A stretch of DNA of 64,000 bases from an uncultured Alphaproteobacteria bacterium (GTDB taxonomy: Bacteria; Pseudomonadota; Alphaproteobacteria; Acetobacterales; Acetobacteraceae): contig CAWDQN010000010.1 of NCBI GenBank assembly GCA_963804495.1, positions 258,265 to 322,264 on the forward strand, written 5' to 3'. The notes under the pieces were generated by a model. That model saw only the letters and a list, made by a program, of their open reading frames with translations, did not search any database and was not told where the DNA came from. Shown here piece after piece: positions 50,171-59,806 of the stretch. Position 1 is the stretch's first letter; each line of letters starts with the position of its first letter. Made by a program: the position numbers and the translations under genes.

Positions 50171-50890
50171 ATGTCCGACCTGGCGGAGCACATCGTGAAA
50201 AGCTTCGAGGCTGAGCTGACCCGCTTGCGGGCGCTGATGACGGACATGGGCGGCCTGGTCGAGCGCCAGGTCGTGCTGGCCTGCGATGCGGTGCTGAGCG
50301 GCGACGCCGACGCCGCCAGCCAGGCGGTGCAGGCCGATGTGCAGGTGGACGCGCTGGAGCGCGAGGCCGAGCAATTCGTCATCCGGCTGCTGGCCCTGCG
50401 CCAGCCGATGGCGCAAGATTTGCGACAGATCGTCGCGGCGCTGAAGATTACCGGTGAGCTGGAACGCATCGGCGACTACGCCAAGAACGTGGCCAAGCGC
50501 AGCATCGTGCTGGACCAGTTCAACATCCCGACACCGCTGAGCGGCATCGCCCACATGTCGCGCCTGGTGCAGGAAAACCTTAAGGCCGTGATCGACGCGT
50601 TTGGCGAGAACGACGCTGACAAGGCCATGGAGGTGTGGCGCTCGGACGAGGGGATCGACGATATCTACAACGCGCTGTTCCGCGAGCTGGTGACCTACAT
50701 GATGGAGGACCCGCGCAACATCACGCCCTGCACGCATCTGCTGTTCGTCGCCAAGAACCTCGAACGGATCGGCGACCACGCCACCAATATCGCCGAAATG
50801 GTCTACTACGCGGTGAAGGGCGAGCCGATGCCGCAAGGCCGGCCGAAGGGCGACAGCTCGGCCTACGCCTCGGGCAGACCAAGCGAATAG
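50171..50890 (+). CDS. phoU: Phosphate signalling protein PhoU
   Basis: RQPMAQDLR, ELERIGDYAKN, LERIGDHATNIAE. Confidence 0.97.
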   Translation: MSDLAEHIVKSFEAELTRLRALMTDMGGLVERQVVLACDAVLSGDADAASQAVQADVQVDALEREAEQFVIRLLALRQPMAQDLRQIVAALKITGELERIGDYAKNVAKRSIVLDQFNIPTPLSGIAHMSRLVQENLKAVIDAFGENDADKAMEVWRSDEGIDDIYNALFRELVTYMMEDPRNITPCTHLLFVAKNLERIGDHATNIAEMVYYAVKGEPMPQGRPKGDSSAYASGRPSE

Positions 50891-50900
50891 AGGACGCACA

Positions 50901-51608
50901 ATGTCGGACAATGGAACGCGCCCGCTGGTGCTGGTGGTCGAGGACGAGGCGGCGCTGGCGACGATGCTGCGCTACAACCTCGAGAAACAGGGATTCCGGG
51001 TGGACGAGGCGGGGGACGGGCAGGAGGCGCTGACCCGGATCAGCGAGGCGCCGCCCGATCTGGTGCTGCTGGACTGGATGCTGCCGGTGATGTCGGGCAT
51101 TGAAGTGTGCCGCCAGATCCGCCGGCGTCAGGACACCCGCGACCTGCCGGTGATCATGGTGACGGCGCGCACCGACGATCAGGACGCGGTGCGCGGCCTG
51201 AACACCGGCGCGGATGACTACATCACCAAGCCGTTCAACATGGAGGCGCTGCTGGCGCGCATGCGCGCGCTGCTGCGCCGGGCCGGCGGCGTGGCCTCCA
51301 AAGGCACGTTGAGCTTTCACGACATTTCGCTCGACCAGTCGGCCCACCGGGTGACCCGCAACGGGCGCGCCGTCCACCTGGGGCCGACCGAATACCGGCT
51401 GCTGGAATTCTTCCTGCAGCACCCGCGCCGGGTGTTCTCGCGCGAGGAAGTGCTGGATGCGGTCTGGGGGCCGGATATTCACGTCGAGCCGCGAACCGTG
51501 GACGTGCATATCCGGCGGCTGCGCAAGGCGATCAATGGCGACGGCGAACTGGATGTGGTGCGGACGGTTCGTGCCGCCGGGTATGGGTTGGATACCGAGC
51601 CGGTTTAG
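50901..51608 (+). CDS. phoB: Phosphate regulon response regulator
   Basis: VEDE, LLDWMLP, GADDYITKPF, HLGPTEYRLL, RTVDVHI.RLRK. Confidence 0.96.
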   Translation: MSDNGTRPLVLVVEDEAALATMLRYNLEKQGFRVDEAGDGQEALTRISEAPPDLVLLDWMLPVMSGIEVCRQIRRRQDTRDLPVIMVTARTDDQDAVRGLNTGADDYITKPFNMEALLARMRALLRRAGGVASKGTLSFHDISLDQSAHRVTRNGRAVHLGPTEYRLLEFFLQHPRRVFSREEVLDAVWGPDIHVEPRTVDVHIRRLRKAINGDGELDVVRTVRAAGYGLDTEPV

Positions 51609-51616
51609 AAAAAAAC

Positions 51617-51691
51617 AAGGCCAGGGTCGGCCCTGGAGCCACCCCAGCGCAGCGCGCTTTCCGGCGCGACAGGGCGGTGGCCCCCTGGACC
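51617..51691 (+). repeat. REP-like repeat, long variant (copy 6)
   Basis: AAGGCCAGGG tcgg CCCTGGAGCCACCCCAGCGCAGCGCGCTTTCCGGCGCGAC...CCCCTGGACC just after the phoB stop. Confidence 0.8.
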
Positions 51692-52127
51692 AAGCTACTT
51701 AAGGCGGGGAGGGTACGTGCGGTGCCTTTCAGCGCGGAGAGGGGCTTGGGCGGAGTTTATGACGGCACCGAGGGCAGGGTTTTTACCTCCGCTGATGCTG
51801 GCATCTGGTTGCAGCGCCGGGGCGACGGGTTCCTGCCAGCGCACGGTGACGGCGGCAGAGGCGGCGATCCGGGTCTGCCCGGCCATGACGATCCACATGG
51901 CAGCTCTCACCCGGCGGAGTTGGGCCGGCGGACGGTGCGGCGGTGCGGGTGCATGTGGGTTCCTCCGGGGTTGAATTATCCAGTCTAGCCGCCGATCGTT
52001 CTACGGTGATGACGGTTGCGCGTCAGCGACGTGACAGCACGCGCGGCCCCCTGCTCGACCTCGCCACGGCGTCGTCGCATCATGGGGCGCGGGGCGCGAT
52101 GCGCCGCACTTGCCGAAAGGAGATGCC

Positions 52128-53561
52128 ATGTACCCCGACGTGCAGCTGTTCATCGATGGCGCATGGACGCCGAGTGCCGGCGGCAAAACGCTGGATGTAC
52201 TGAACCCGGCGACCGGGGAGGTGCTGGGCAGGCTGGCGCATGCGGAGCGGCCGGACCTCGACCGTGCGCTGGCGGCGGCGGAACGCGGCTTCCAAGCCTG
52301 GCGGAAGGTGTCGGCCTATGAGCGCAGCAAGGTGATGCGTCGCGCCGCCGGGCTGATCCGCGAGCGGTTGGACAGCATCGCCCGGCTGCTGACGCGCGAG
52401 CAGGGCAAGCCGCTGGCCGAGGCCAAAGGTGAAACCCTGGTCGCTGCCGACGTGATCGAGTGGTTCGCCGAGGAAGCCCGGCGCGCCTATGGACGGGTGA
52501 TTCCGGCTCGTGCCGAGGGCGTGTATCAGCTGGTCATCAAGGAGCCGGTGGGGGTGGTGGCGGCGTTCACGCCGTGGAATTTCCCGATCAACCAGGCGGT
52601 GCGGAAAATCTCGGCAGGGCTCGCCGCGGGCTGCGCGGTGATCCTGAAGGGGCCGGAGGAGACGCCGGCCGCTTGTGCGGAGCTGGTGCGCGCCTATGCC
52701 GATGCGGGCGTGCCGGCGGGGGTGGTGCAGTTGGTGTTCGGGGTGCCGGCGGAGATTTCCGAGTATCTGATCCCGCACTCCGTGGTGAAGAAGATTTCGT
52801 TCACCGGCTCGACGGTGGTGGGCAAGCACCTGGCGGCGCTGGCCGGCGCGCATATGAAGCGGGTGACGATGGAGCTGGGCGGGCACGCGCCGGCGATCGT
52901 GTTCGACGATGCCGACATCGCCTCAGCCGCGAAGATTCTGGCCGCCAACAAGTTCCGCAATGCCGGGCAGGTGTGCATCGCGCCGACGCGGTTTCTGGTG
53001 CAGGAGGCGGTGTATGAAGATTTCGTCGCCCGCTTCGTCGAGCTGGCGAAGCGGGTGAAAGTGGGCGACGGGCTGGAGCCGGACACCACGATGGGGCCGC
53101 TCGCCAATGCAAGGCGCATCACCGCCATGGAAGGTTTCGTGCAGGACGCGGTGCAGAAGGGCGCGGAGGTGAAGACCGGCGGCAAGCGCATCGGCAACAA
53201 GGGCAATTTCTTCGAGCCGACGGTGCTCACCAACATCACCCGTGAGATGCGGGTGATGAACGAGGAGCCGTTCGGGCCGCTCGCCCTGATGGTGCCGTTC
53301 AGCAGTTTTGACGACGTGGTGGCGGAGGCGAACCGGCTGCCGTACGGGCTGGCATCCTATGCCTATACGAGCTCGGCGAAGACGGCGAATGCGATCGCGG
53401 CTGCTGTCGAGGCCGGCATGATGTCGATCAACCACCATGGGCTGGCGCTGCCCGAGGTGCCGTTCGGCGGCATCAAGGATTCGGGCTATGGGTCCGAGGG
53501 TGGCAGCGAGGCGATCGAGGGCTATCTCAACACCAAGTTCGTCACCCAAGCGAGTTTGTAA
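52128..53561 (+). CDS. NAD(P)-dependent succinate-semialdehyde dehydrogenase family aldehyde dehydrogenase
   Basis: FTPWNFP, SFTGST, MELGG (Glu), GQVCIA (Cys), EEPFGP, PFGG.K.SG.G.EG. Confidence 0.92.
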   Translation: MYPDVQLFIDGAWTPSAGGKTLDVLNPATGEVLGRLAHAERPDLDRALAAAERGFQAWRKVSAYERSKVMRRAAGLIRERLDSIARLLTREQGKPLAEAKGETLVAADVIEWFAEEARRAYGRVIPARAEGVYQLVIKEPVGVVAAFTPWNFPINQAVRKISAGLAAGCAVILKGPEETPAACAELVRAYADAGVPAGVVQLVFGVPAEISEYLIPHSVVKKISFTGSTVVGKHLAALAGAHMKRVTMELGGHAPAIVFDDADIASAAKILAANKFRNAGQVCIAPTRFLVQEAVYEDFVARFVELAKRVKVGDGLEPDTTMGPLANARRITAMEGFVQDAVQKGAEVKTGGKRIGNKGNFFEPTVLTNITREMRVMNEEPFGPLALMVPFSSFDDVVAEANRLPYGLASYAYTSSAKTANAIAAAVEAGMMSINHHGLALPEVPFGGIKDSGYGSEGGSEAIEGYLNTKFVTQASL

Positions 53562-53565
53562 GGCC

Positions 53566-53662
53566 GGGTTCCAAGGGTTTATCGCCCTTGGTGGGGTTCA
53601 GGGGCGATGCCGTCGCGCCGAAGGCGGGCTGCGCGCGGGGTGGGGTGCGGGGCGACGCCCCG
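53566..53662 (-). repeat. REP-like repeat, diverged long variant (copy 7)
   Basis: GGGTTCCAAGGG...CCCTTGG TGGGGTTCAGGGGC...GTCGCGCCGAAGGCGGGCTGCGCGC; between convergent genes. Confidence 0.65.
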
Positions 53663-53663
53663 G

Positions 53664-54800
53664 CTACTTCATGCGTTGCCCAAGTTGCCAAACGTTTGCG
53701 ACTTGCAGATCGGCGTCCAGCACGACAAAATCGGCAGGGCAGTTTGGTTCGATGCGACCGCGGTCCGCGAGTTCGATCGCGCGGGCCGGGGTGCGGGTGG
53801 CCATGCGCAGTGCCGCGTCGAGCGGCAGGCCGGCGAGGTGGACCGCGTTCCGCACGGCGTCCGCCATGGTCAGGTGCGCGCCGGCCAGGGTGCCGGCGTC
53901 GTTCACCAGTCTGCCGTTGTGCAGATGGATGCGTTCGCCGTTCAGGCTGAAGCTGGTGTGGTCCGAGGCGGCGGTGGGCATTGCGTCTGAGACGAACAGC
54001 AGCGCGTCGGCTCCTTTGGCGGCGAAGGCGATGCGCAGGCTGGCGTGATGCACGTGGTGGCCATCGACGATAATGCCGGCGAAGGTCTCAGCGCGGTCCA
54101 GCGCGGCGCCGACCGCGCCGGGCGCGCGCGGCACGAAGCCGGACATCGCATTGTAGAGATGCGTGAACCCTGAGATGCCGGCGGCCAGTCCGGCGATGGC
54201 TTGGTCGTAGCTGGCGTCGGTGTGACCGGCGAACACGGTCGCGCCTGTGTCGCGCAGACGGCGGATGTTCGCGGGCGGGACCGTTTCGGGCGCGAGGGTG
54301 ATCAGCAGAGCGCCGGGAAATGGTGTGCACAGCAGCGCCAGATCGTCGTCGCTCATGGCGGCGATGGCGGCGGCCGGATGGATGCCGCGGCGGGCGGCGG
54401 CGATGAACGGACCTTCGAGGTGCAGCCCGGCGATTCCCGGTATGCCATCGGCGAGGGCGGTGCGCGCGGCGGCGAGGGCGGCGCGCAGGTGCGCCCGCGT
54501 ACCGCTGATCAGCGTTGGCAGCAGGGTGGTGGTGCCGGCGTGAGCGTGCGCGGCGGCGATGCATTGCAGCGTGGCGGCATCTGCGGTGTCGTTGAACAGC
54601 ACGCCGCCGCCGCCGTTGACCTGCAGATCGACGAATCCTGGCGCCAGCACATGATCCTCCGGCAGTTCGATGCCGTCGGCGCCGGGCGGAACGGCATGTC
54701 GTGGCACGACGGCGGCGATGCGGGCGCCATCGAACAGCACGGCGCGGTCGTGCAGCAGGTCGGTGCCATCGAACAGGCGGGATGCGCGCAGGGCCTTCAT
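53664..54800 (-). CDS. nagA: N-acetylglucosamine-6-phosphate deacetylase
   Basis: PGFVDLQVNG, HLEGPF, GHT, THLYNAM, DGHH, VSDAM, LAGA.LT. Confidence 0.95.
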   Translation of the reverse strand: MKALRASRLFDGTDLLHDRAVLFDGARIAAVVPRHAVPPGADGIELPEDHVLAPGFVDLQVNGGGGVLFNDTADAATLQCIAAAHAHAGTTTLLPTLISGTRAHLRAALAAARTALADGIPGIAGLHLEGPFIAAARRGIHPAAAIAAMSDDDLALLCTPFPGALLITLAPETVPPANIRRLRDTGATVFAGHTDASYDQAIAGLAAGISGFTHLYNAMSGFVPRAPGAVGAALDRAETFAGIIVDGHHVHHASLRIAFAAKGADALLFVSDAMPTAASDHTSFSLNGERIHLHNGRLVNDAGTLAGAHLTMADAVRNAVHLAGLPLDAALRMATRTPARAIELADRGRIEPNCPADFVVLDADLQVANVWQLGQRMK

Positions 54801-55714
54801 GCGCTGATTTCGGCCAGCGCCGCGTGCAGATGCGAATGATGCTTTACAAGTAACGACTCAGCCTGGCCCCGATCCAGGCCGTGCAGGATCAGCACCGCGG
54901 TTTTCACCCGCCCGCCGGCGGCATCGAGGGCGGCGCGGGCCGAGGTGTCGTCGGTGCCGGTGAGGTCCTGCAGCATGCGCATTGCGCGCTGGCGCAGCTT
55001 GGCGTTGCGCGCGTTCATATCGACCATCAGGCCGCGATGGATGCGTCCCAGGCGCACCATGACAAGGGTGGAGAACAGGTTCAGCACGGTTTTTTGCGCA
55101 GTGCCGGCCTTCATCCGCGTCGATCCGGCGATCGCCTCGGCGCCGGTTTCGACCAGGATCGGGCAGGCGGCGGCGGCCAGCAGGGCGCCGCCGGGGCTGT
55201 TGGCGATGCCGATGGTGAGCGCGCCGCGGCGGGCACATTCGGCAATGACCGTGGTGGTGTAAGGCGTCGAGCCGCTGGCGGCGATGCCGATGGCGACATC
55301 GTCGGCGCCGATGGCGTGGGCGGCCACGTCCTGCAGCGCGGCGGCGTGGTCGTCTTCGGCATTCTCGATGGAGCGGGTGAACGCTGCGGCGCCGCCGGCC
55401 ATCAGCAGAACAAGCCTGTCCTCGGGCCAGTCGAAGGTGGGCGGCAACTCGGCGCCGTCTTGCACGCCGATGCGTCCGGAGGTGCCGGCGCCGGCGTAGA
55501 TCAGGCGGCCGCCGCGGGCGAGTCGCGGCAGGGCGGCCCCGGCGGCGGCCTCGATGGCGGGAAGGGAAGGGCCGACCGCGGCGACGGCCGCCAGCTGGCC
55601 CTCCCACAATGCTTGCAGAACTTCGCCGGCGGGCCAACGGTCGAGGTCGCGCAGGCGTGGGTTGATGGTTTCGGTGGCCGGCAGGGCGGGCCCGGGTGGA
55701 TCGGAAGTCTGCAT
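54797..55714 (-). CDS. murQ: N-acetylmuramic acid 6-phosphate etherase
   Basis: TETINPR, GAGTSGRIG, DGAELPPTF, ENAEDD, GSTRMKAGTAQK.VLN. Confidence 0.94.
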   Translation of the reverse strand: MQTSDPPGPALPATETINPRLRDLDRWPAGEVLQALWEGQLAAVAAVGPSLPAIEAAAGAALPRLARGGRLIYAGAGTSGRIGVQDGAELPPTFDWPEDRLVLLMAGGAAAFTRSIENAEDDHAAALQDVAAHAIGADDVAIGIAASGSTPYTTTVIAECARRGALTIGIANSPGGALLAAAACPILVETGAEAIAGSTRMKAGTAQKTVLNLFSTLVMVRLGRIHRGLMVDMNARNAKLRQRAMRMLQDLTGTDDTSARAALDAAGGRVKTAVLILHGLDRGQAESLLVKHHSHLHAALAEISA

Positions 55715-55940
55715 GATCTGCCTTTATCTTTTCGAACTCGATGGACCGGCGACGCGGCGCCCGGCGGCGCCGGCGCGTACCTTCACAGCATTGCGTTTCT
55801 TCTCCCGGCGGCAAAGAATTCTTTTGCGCCCACCGAAAGCCGCTGATAGGAGGCGGTGTCTTCATGACACGGATTGGAATTGTCCGCGATTTGCGGCAGA
55901 CCGCTCACCTGCAGTCCACAGCGGAAAGGAACAGGACCGC

Positions 55941-56210
55941 ATGTCGAAAGCCTTTATCGCCCAGGTCATCCAGGAGTCGGCCGGCCTGACCGGGACGGCG
56001 TCGAATCGTGCCGCGGGCGACCTGATGGGCGCGATCGTCAAGGAGCTGAAGAAGAACGGACGGTTTACCCTGCCGAGCTTCGGCACCTTCGTCGTGCGCA
56101 AGACCAAGGCGCGCAAGGCGCTCAATCCGCGCACCGGTGAGGCGATCAAGGTCAAGGCGGGCAAGACCGTGCGGTTCAAGGCGTCGCCGACCCTGAAGAA
56201 AGCGGTCTGA
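55941..56210 (+). CDS. HU family DNA-binding protein (divergent paralog)
   Basis: FGTF, RKALNPRTGEAI, VRFKAS..LK.AV; atypical N-term MSKAFIAQ. Confidence 0.92.
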   Translation: MSKAFIAQVIQESAGLTGTASNRAAGDLMGAIVKELKKNGRFTLPSFGTFVVRKTKARKALNPRTGEAIKVKAGKTVRFKASPTLKKAV

Positions 56211-56449
56211 AGCCAGCGCCGCGGTGCCGGGCCCGGATGGATCCAGGTCCGGCGCGCCCGGTGCGGCACCGCCATTGCGGGCCGCGCGCGTTCACTGCAA
56301 CGGACACGCCTCCGTCATAACGAAGGAAAGCGACCGTCGCCGCGCCAGTCCGCTTGCCGGGCCGGACGGGCATGGTCGAATGTGCGCTCATCGGGCCGAG
56401 TAACGGCGAGGGTGATGCGATGAGCGACGGACTCCTGCCTCCCACCGCT

Positions 56450-56659
56450 CCGGGCGATGTGGCGCCGTTCTGGCTGGTGCACTGCCTGCAACGGGTGCCG
56501 GTCCGGGCGGGGCGGCATTGCGCCCAGCCGAACCTGCGCCGCTTCGGGATGGAGGGGGCGGTGCGGGCCTCTCTTGCGCTCTTTCACACCCATGCCGATA
56601 TCGATGGTCTTGTCGCTGCCTTGTTGCGGGTGCTTTTGGCTCGGCCGGCGACGGGGTGA
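56450..56659 (+). pseudogene. C-terminal remnant of a SufS-type cysteine desulfurase
   Basis: VRAGRHCAQPNLRRFGMEGAVRASLALFHTHADIDGLVAAL matches the SufS C-terminus (RAGHHCA); the rest of the gene is missing. Confidence 0.75.
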
Positions 56660-56690
56660 CGCGCCAGATTCCGCGCCAGATTCCGCGCCA
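56659..56690 (+). repeat. 12-bp tandem repeat upstream of cysE
   Basis: GCGCCAGATTCC x2 plus partial GCGCCAGA. Confidence 0.8.
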
Positions 56691-56708
56691 GACAAGGGGA
56701 GACGCGAC

Positions 56709-57578
56709 ATGCCGCGACCGCAACTGGGCCATCTGACCGTCATCTCGCGCGATGACGACCAGGTGCGCCAGTTTACCGATGCGATGTGGGCACGGCTGCG
56801 GCGCGAGGCCGAAGACGCCTATGAGCGTGCGCCCATGCTCGCACCACTGTTTCTCGATTCCATCATCAACCAGCCCAGTTTCGAATCGGCGGTGTTCCAC
56901 CGGGTGGGCGCAAGGCTGAAGAACGACGTGATCTCGCTGCCGCTGATCATCCGCGCCTTCCACCAGGCGCTGGAAGCGGAGCCGGACATTTCCATGGCGC
57001 TGCGCGCCGACATCACCGCGGTCTATGAGCGCGACCCGGCCTGCGAGCGGTTCATCGAGCCCTTTTTGTATTTCAAGGGGTTCCATGCCATCCAGGCGCA
57101 CCGGCTGACGCATTGGCTGTGGAACAGCGGTAACCGCGATTTTGCCCTGTATTTACAAAGCCGCTCCTCGGAAGTGTTTCAAACCGACATCCATCCGGCG
57201 GCGCGGCTTGGCCGCGGGCTGTTCCTCGACCATGCCACGGGACTGGTGGTGGGCGAGACGGCGGTGATCGAGGACGATGTGTCGATGCTGCAGGACGTGA
57301 CCCTGGGCGGCTCCGGCAAGGAAACCGGCGACCGCCACCCGAAAGTGCGCCGGGGTGCGATGATCGGCGCCGGGGCGAAGGTGCTCGGCAATCTCGAGGT
57401 GGGCGAGAATGCCCGCATCGCGGCGGGCTCGGTGGTGCTGCGGCCGGTGCCCGCGCATACCACGGTCGCCGGGGTGCCGGCGCGGGTGGTGCGCACCGCC
57501 ACCCCCGACGAGCCCTCGCGCACGATGGACCAGATCCTCAGCGATCTGTCCTATGAGGCATTCGCCTACACGATCTGA
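56709..57578 (+). CDS. cysE: Serine O-acetyltransferase
   Basis: RDPAC, KGFHAIQAHR, DIHPAA, LDHATG, RHPK, AGSVV hexapeptide repeats; ends FAYTI. Confidence 0.95.
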   Translation: MPRPQLGHLTVISRDDDQVRQFTDAMWARLRREAEDAYERAPMLAPLFLDSIINQPSFESAVFHRVGARLKNDVISLPLIIRAFHQALEAEPDISMALRADITAVYERDPACERFIEPFLYFKGFHAIQAHRLTHWLWNSGNRDFALYLQSRSSEVFQTDIHPAARLGRGLFLDHATGLVVGETAVIEDDVSMLQDVTLGGSGKETGDRHPKVRRGAMIGAGAKVLGNLEVGENARIAAGSVVLRPVPAHTTVAGVPARVVRTATPDEPSRTMDQILSDLSYEAFAYTI

Positions 57579-57616
57579 CCCAGCCTGATCCCTTTGTCCG
57601 CCTCCCGGCCCGCCAG

Positions 57617-57648
57617 AAAAAAGCGGCGGCGCCCCTGCGGGCGCCGCC
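57617..57648. terminator. Intrinsic terminator-like hairpin after cysE
   Basis: A6 tract then GGCGGCGCCC-ctgc-GGGCGCCGCC. Confidence 0.55.
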
Positions 57649-58066
57649 AAGGTCAGGGGAGGAAACCGCTCAGGCCCGCGGGACGGCGGGCGCTGCGCCG
57701 GAAAGAGAACAACACGGTTCTGCCATAGGCGCAAGTGATTTTGAAATTCAACGGTTAAATACCGTATATATAATTTTCCGGACAGGCTGCTCACGCGGGG
57801 CGCCGCATCCGAGCTTCGTGAGCGAAGGCGACCACAGGCCGTCGCGCCGATGCAACCCTGCCGGGGCGCGACAGCCTGTGAAGGGCCTGATAAACACCTA
57901 CATACGCCAAGGATCGGCTGATCGCCGCCACGCCGTGCTCACCTGTGTGTTTGCCTGCCGCGGCCGCCTGACCGGAGCCGGTATGGTTGACATGCCGGCG
58001 CCATCACTCACGTCTTGGCGAGCTGTCCATGTCGGACCGTTGCAATTGAATTGGAGACAGCCGGAA

Positions 58067-59287
58067 ATGAGGGACCCTGTGCGGGCGTCCAGGTTTGACG
58101 TGGCGTTCGCAGGCATGGGCCTGGCGAACGCCCTGGCCGCCGTGCGGGTGGCCAAGTTACGGCCGGAATTGCACATTGCCGGCTTCGACACCCACCCCTC
58201 GGTGGGGGCCGGCCGCACCTGGTCGTTCTTCGCCACCGACGTGACGCCAGCGCAACTGGCCTGGCTGCGGCCGCTGCTGCGCCGGGAATGGCCGGCCTAC
58301 GAAGTGCGCTTCCCTGGCTTCCGGCGAGTTGTGCCGACACCGGTTTGCACACTTTCCGGTCCCGCGCTGGGCAGCGCGCTGACCGGCCTGACCCACGCCG
58401 CGGACATCGCCGAGGTCTCGCCCGACCGGCTGACGCTGGCCGACGGCAGTTCCGTCGCCGCCCGCGCGGTGCTGGACGGGCGCGGGGCGCGGCCCTCCAG
58501 CGCGTTCCGCTGCGGCTGGCAGAAATTCCTCGGCCAGGAGCTGCGGCTGAGCGCGCCGCACGGGTTGCACCACCCGATCCTGATGGACGCACGGGTGGAG
58601 CAGCTCGACGGGTTCCGCTTCATCTATGTGCTGCCGTTCGGCCCTGACCGGTTGCTGGTCGAGGACACCTGCTACAGCGACACCCCGGAGCTGTCGCATG
58701 CGCGGGCGCGGGCGGAAATCGCCGCCTACGTCGCCGCCCATGGCTGGCACGTGGCCGAGTGGCTGTCGGAGGAGCATGGCGTGCTGCCGGTGATCCTGGA
58801 CGGCGATATCAACGCGTTTTGGGCGGAGGTCGGGCCGGTGCCGCCGCTCGGCATGCGGGCCGGATTGTTTCACCCGGTGACCGGTTACTCACTGCCGTCA
58901 GCGGTCGCGCTGGCCGATGCGGTGGCGGCGGCGCTGCCGGCACGGCCGGACTCGCTGCGGCGCCTGATCGAGGCGCGGGCGCGGGCCACCTGGCAGGCCC
59001 AGGGCTTCTATCGGGTGCTCAACCGCATGCTGTTCCTGGCCGGCAACTCGCATCAGCGCTGGCGGGTTTTCGCCCGCTTTTTCCACCTGCCGCAGCCGCT
59101 GATCGAGAGGTTCTTCGCCGGCCGCAGCACCGCCCTCGACCGCATGCGGCTGGTGAGCGGCAAGCCGCCGGTGCCGTTTTTCTCGGCGCTGCGCTGTATC
59201 CCGTCCTCCGGTCAGGGCGAGCTGATCACGCCGCCGTGGCGGCCGGGGCCGGGAAGGGTCAGTCCTGAGATACGGGTGGACGGTTGA
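58067..59287 (+). CDS. crtY: Lycopene beta-cyclase
   Basis: AGMGLANALAA FAD motif, HTWSF-like RTWSFF, QKFLGQE, PILMDA, EDT.YS, HPVTGYSLP, FYRVLNRMLF, GKPPVP. Confidence 0.93.
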   Translation: MRDPVRASRFDVAFAGMGLANALAAVRVAKLRPELHIAGFDTHPSVGAGRTWSFFATDVTPAQLAWLRPLLRREWPAYEVRFPGFRRVVPTPVCTLSGPALGSALTGLTHAADIAEVSPDRLTLADGSSVAARAVLDGRGARPSSAFRCGWQKFLGQELRLSAPHGLHHPILMDARVEQLDGFRFIYVLPFGPDRLLVEDTCYSDTPELSHARARAEIAAYVAAHGWHVAEWLSEEHGVLPVILDGDINAFWAEVGPVPPLGMRAGLFHPVTGYSLPSAVALADAVAAALPARPDSLRRLIEARARATWQAQGFYRVLNRMLFLAGNSHQRWRVFARFFHLPQPLIERFFAGRSTALDRMRLVSGKPPVPFFSALRCIPSSGQGELITPPWRPGPGRVSPEIRVDG

Positions 59288-59741
59288 GGCTGCGCAACTG
59301 CGCCCGCAGTTTGCGCAGCGGCGGGGCGTAGAGGAAGCCGAACGAGACCGCCCCTTCCCTGGTATGCACGGCGTGGTGCAGGTGGTGGGCGGCCACCAGA
59401 TGGGCGAGATAGCCGCTGCGCGGGGTGAAGGGCGGCGGCAAGCGGCGGTGCACCAGCACCTCGTGCATGGTGAAATAGGCAATGCCGTAGGCGGTGACCC
59501 CGCAGGCGATGGCGGTGACATACGGCAGCAACTGGCCGATGGCGAACAGGGCAATCGCGATCAGCGAGAAGACCAGCACGTAGCGGTCGTTGCGCTCGAA
59601 CGGTCCGGTGCGCGGCCGGTGATGCGATTCGTGCCAGCCCCACCCCGAACCATGCATGACCCAGCGATGCATCGCCCAGGCGAATACCTCCATGCCCACG
59701 AAGGCGGTGGCTGCAAGCGCGATGTTCAGGAGCGCGTTCAT
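59259..59741 (-). CDS. crtZ: Beta-carotene hydroxylase
   Basis: ME..AW.MHRWVMHG.GWGWHESHH, FERND, HEVLVH, HHLHH, VSFGFL His boxes. Confidence 0.95.
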   Translation of the reverse strand: MNALLNIALAATAFVGMEVFAWAMHRWVMHGSGWGWHESHHRPRTGPFERNDRYVLVFSLIAIALFAIGQLLPYVTAIACGVTAYGIAYFTMHEVLVHRRLPPPFTPRSGYLAHLVAAHHLHHAVHTREGAVSFGFLYAPPLRKLRAQLRSLNRPPVSQD

Positions 59742-59806
59742 GGTTTGAGTCTTTGATGGGGCGGGATACGGGACCGCTCCACAGGTGCAGCCGGTTGCGG
59801 TCTGCG

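Noticed and set aside
51692-52110. Small ORFs or a riboswitch between phoB and the aldehyde dehydrogenase
   Set aside because: Competing short ORFs on both strands with no motif; no recognisable riboswitch core
57850-57900. PpsR/CrtJ site upstream of crtY
   Set aside because: TGT...ACA spacing is 14, not 12
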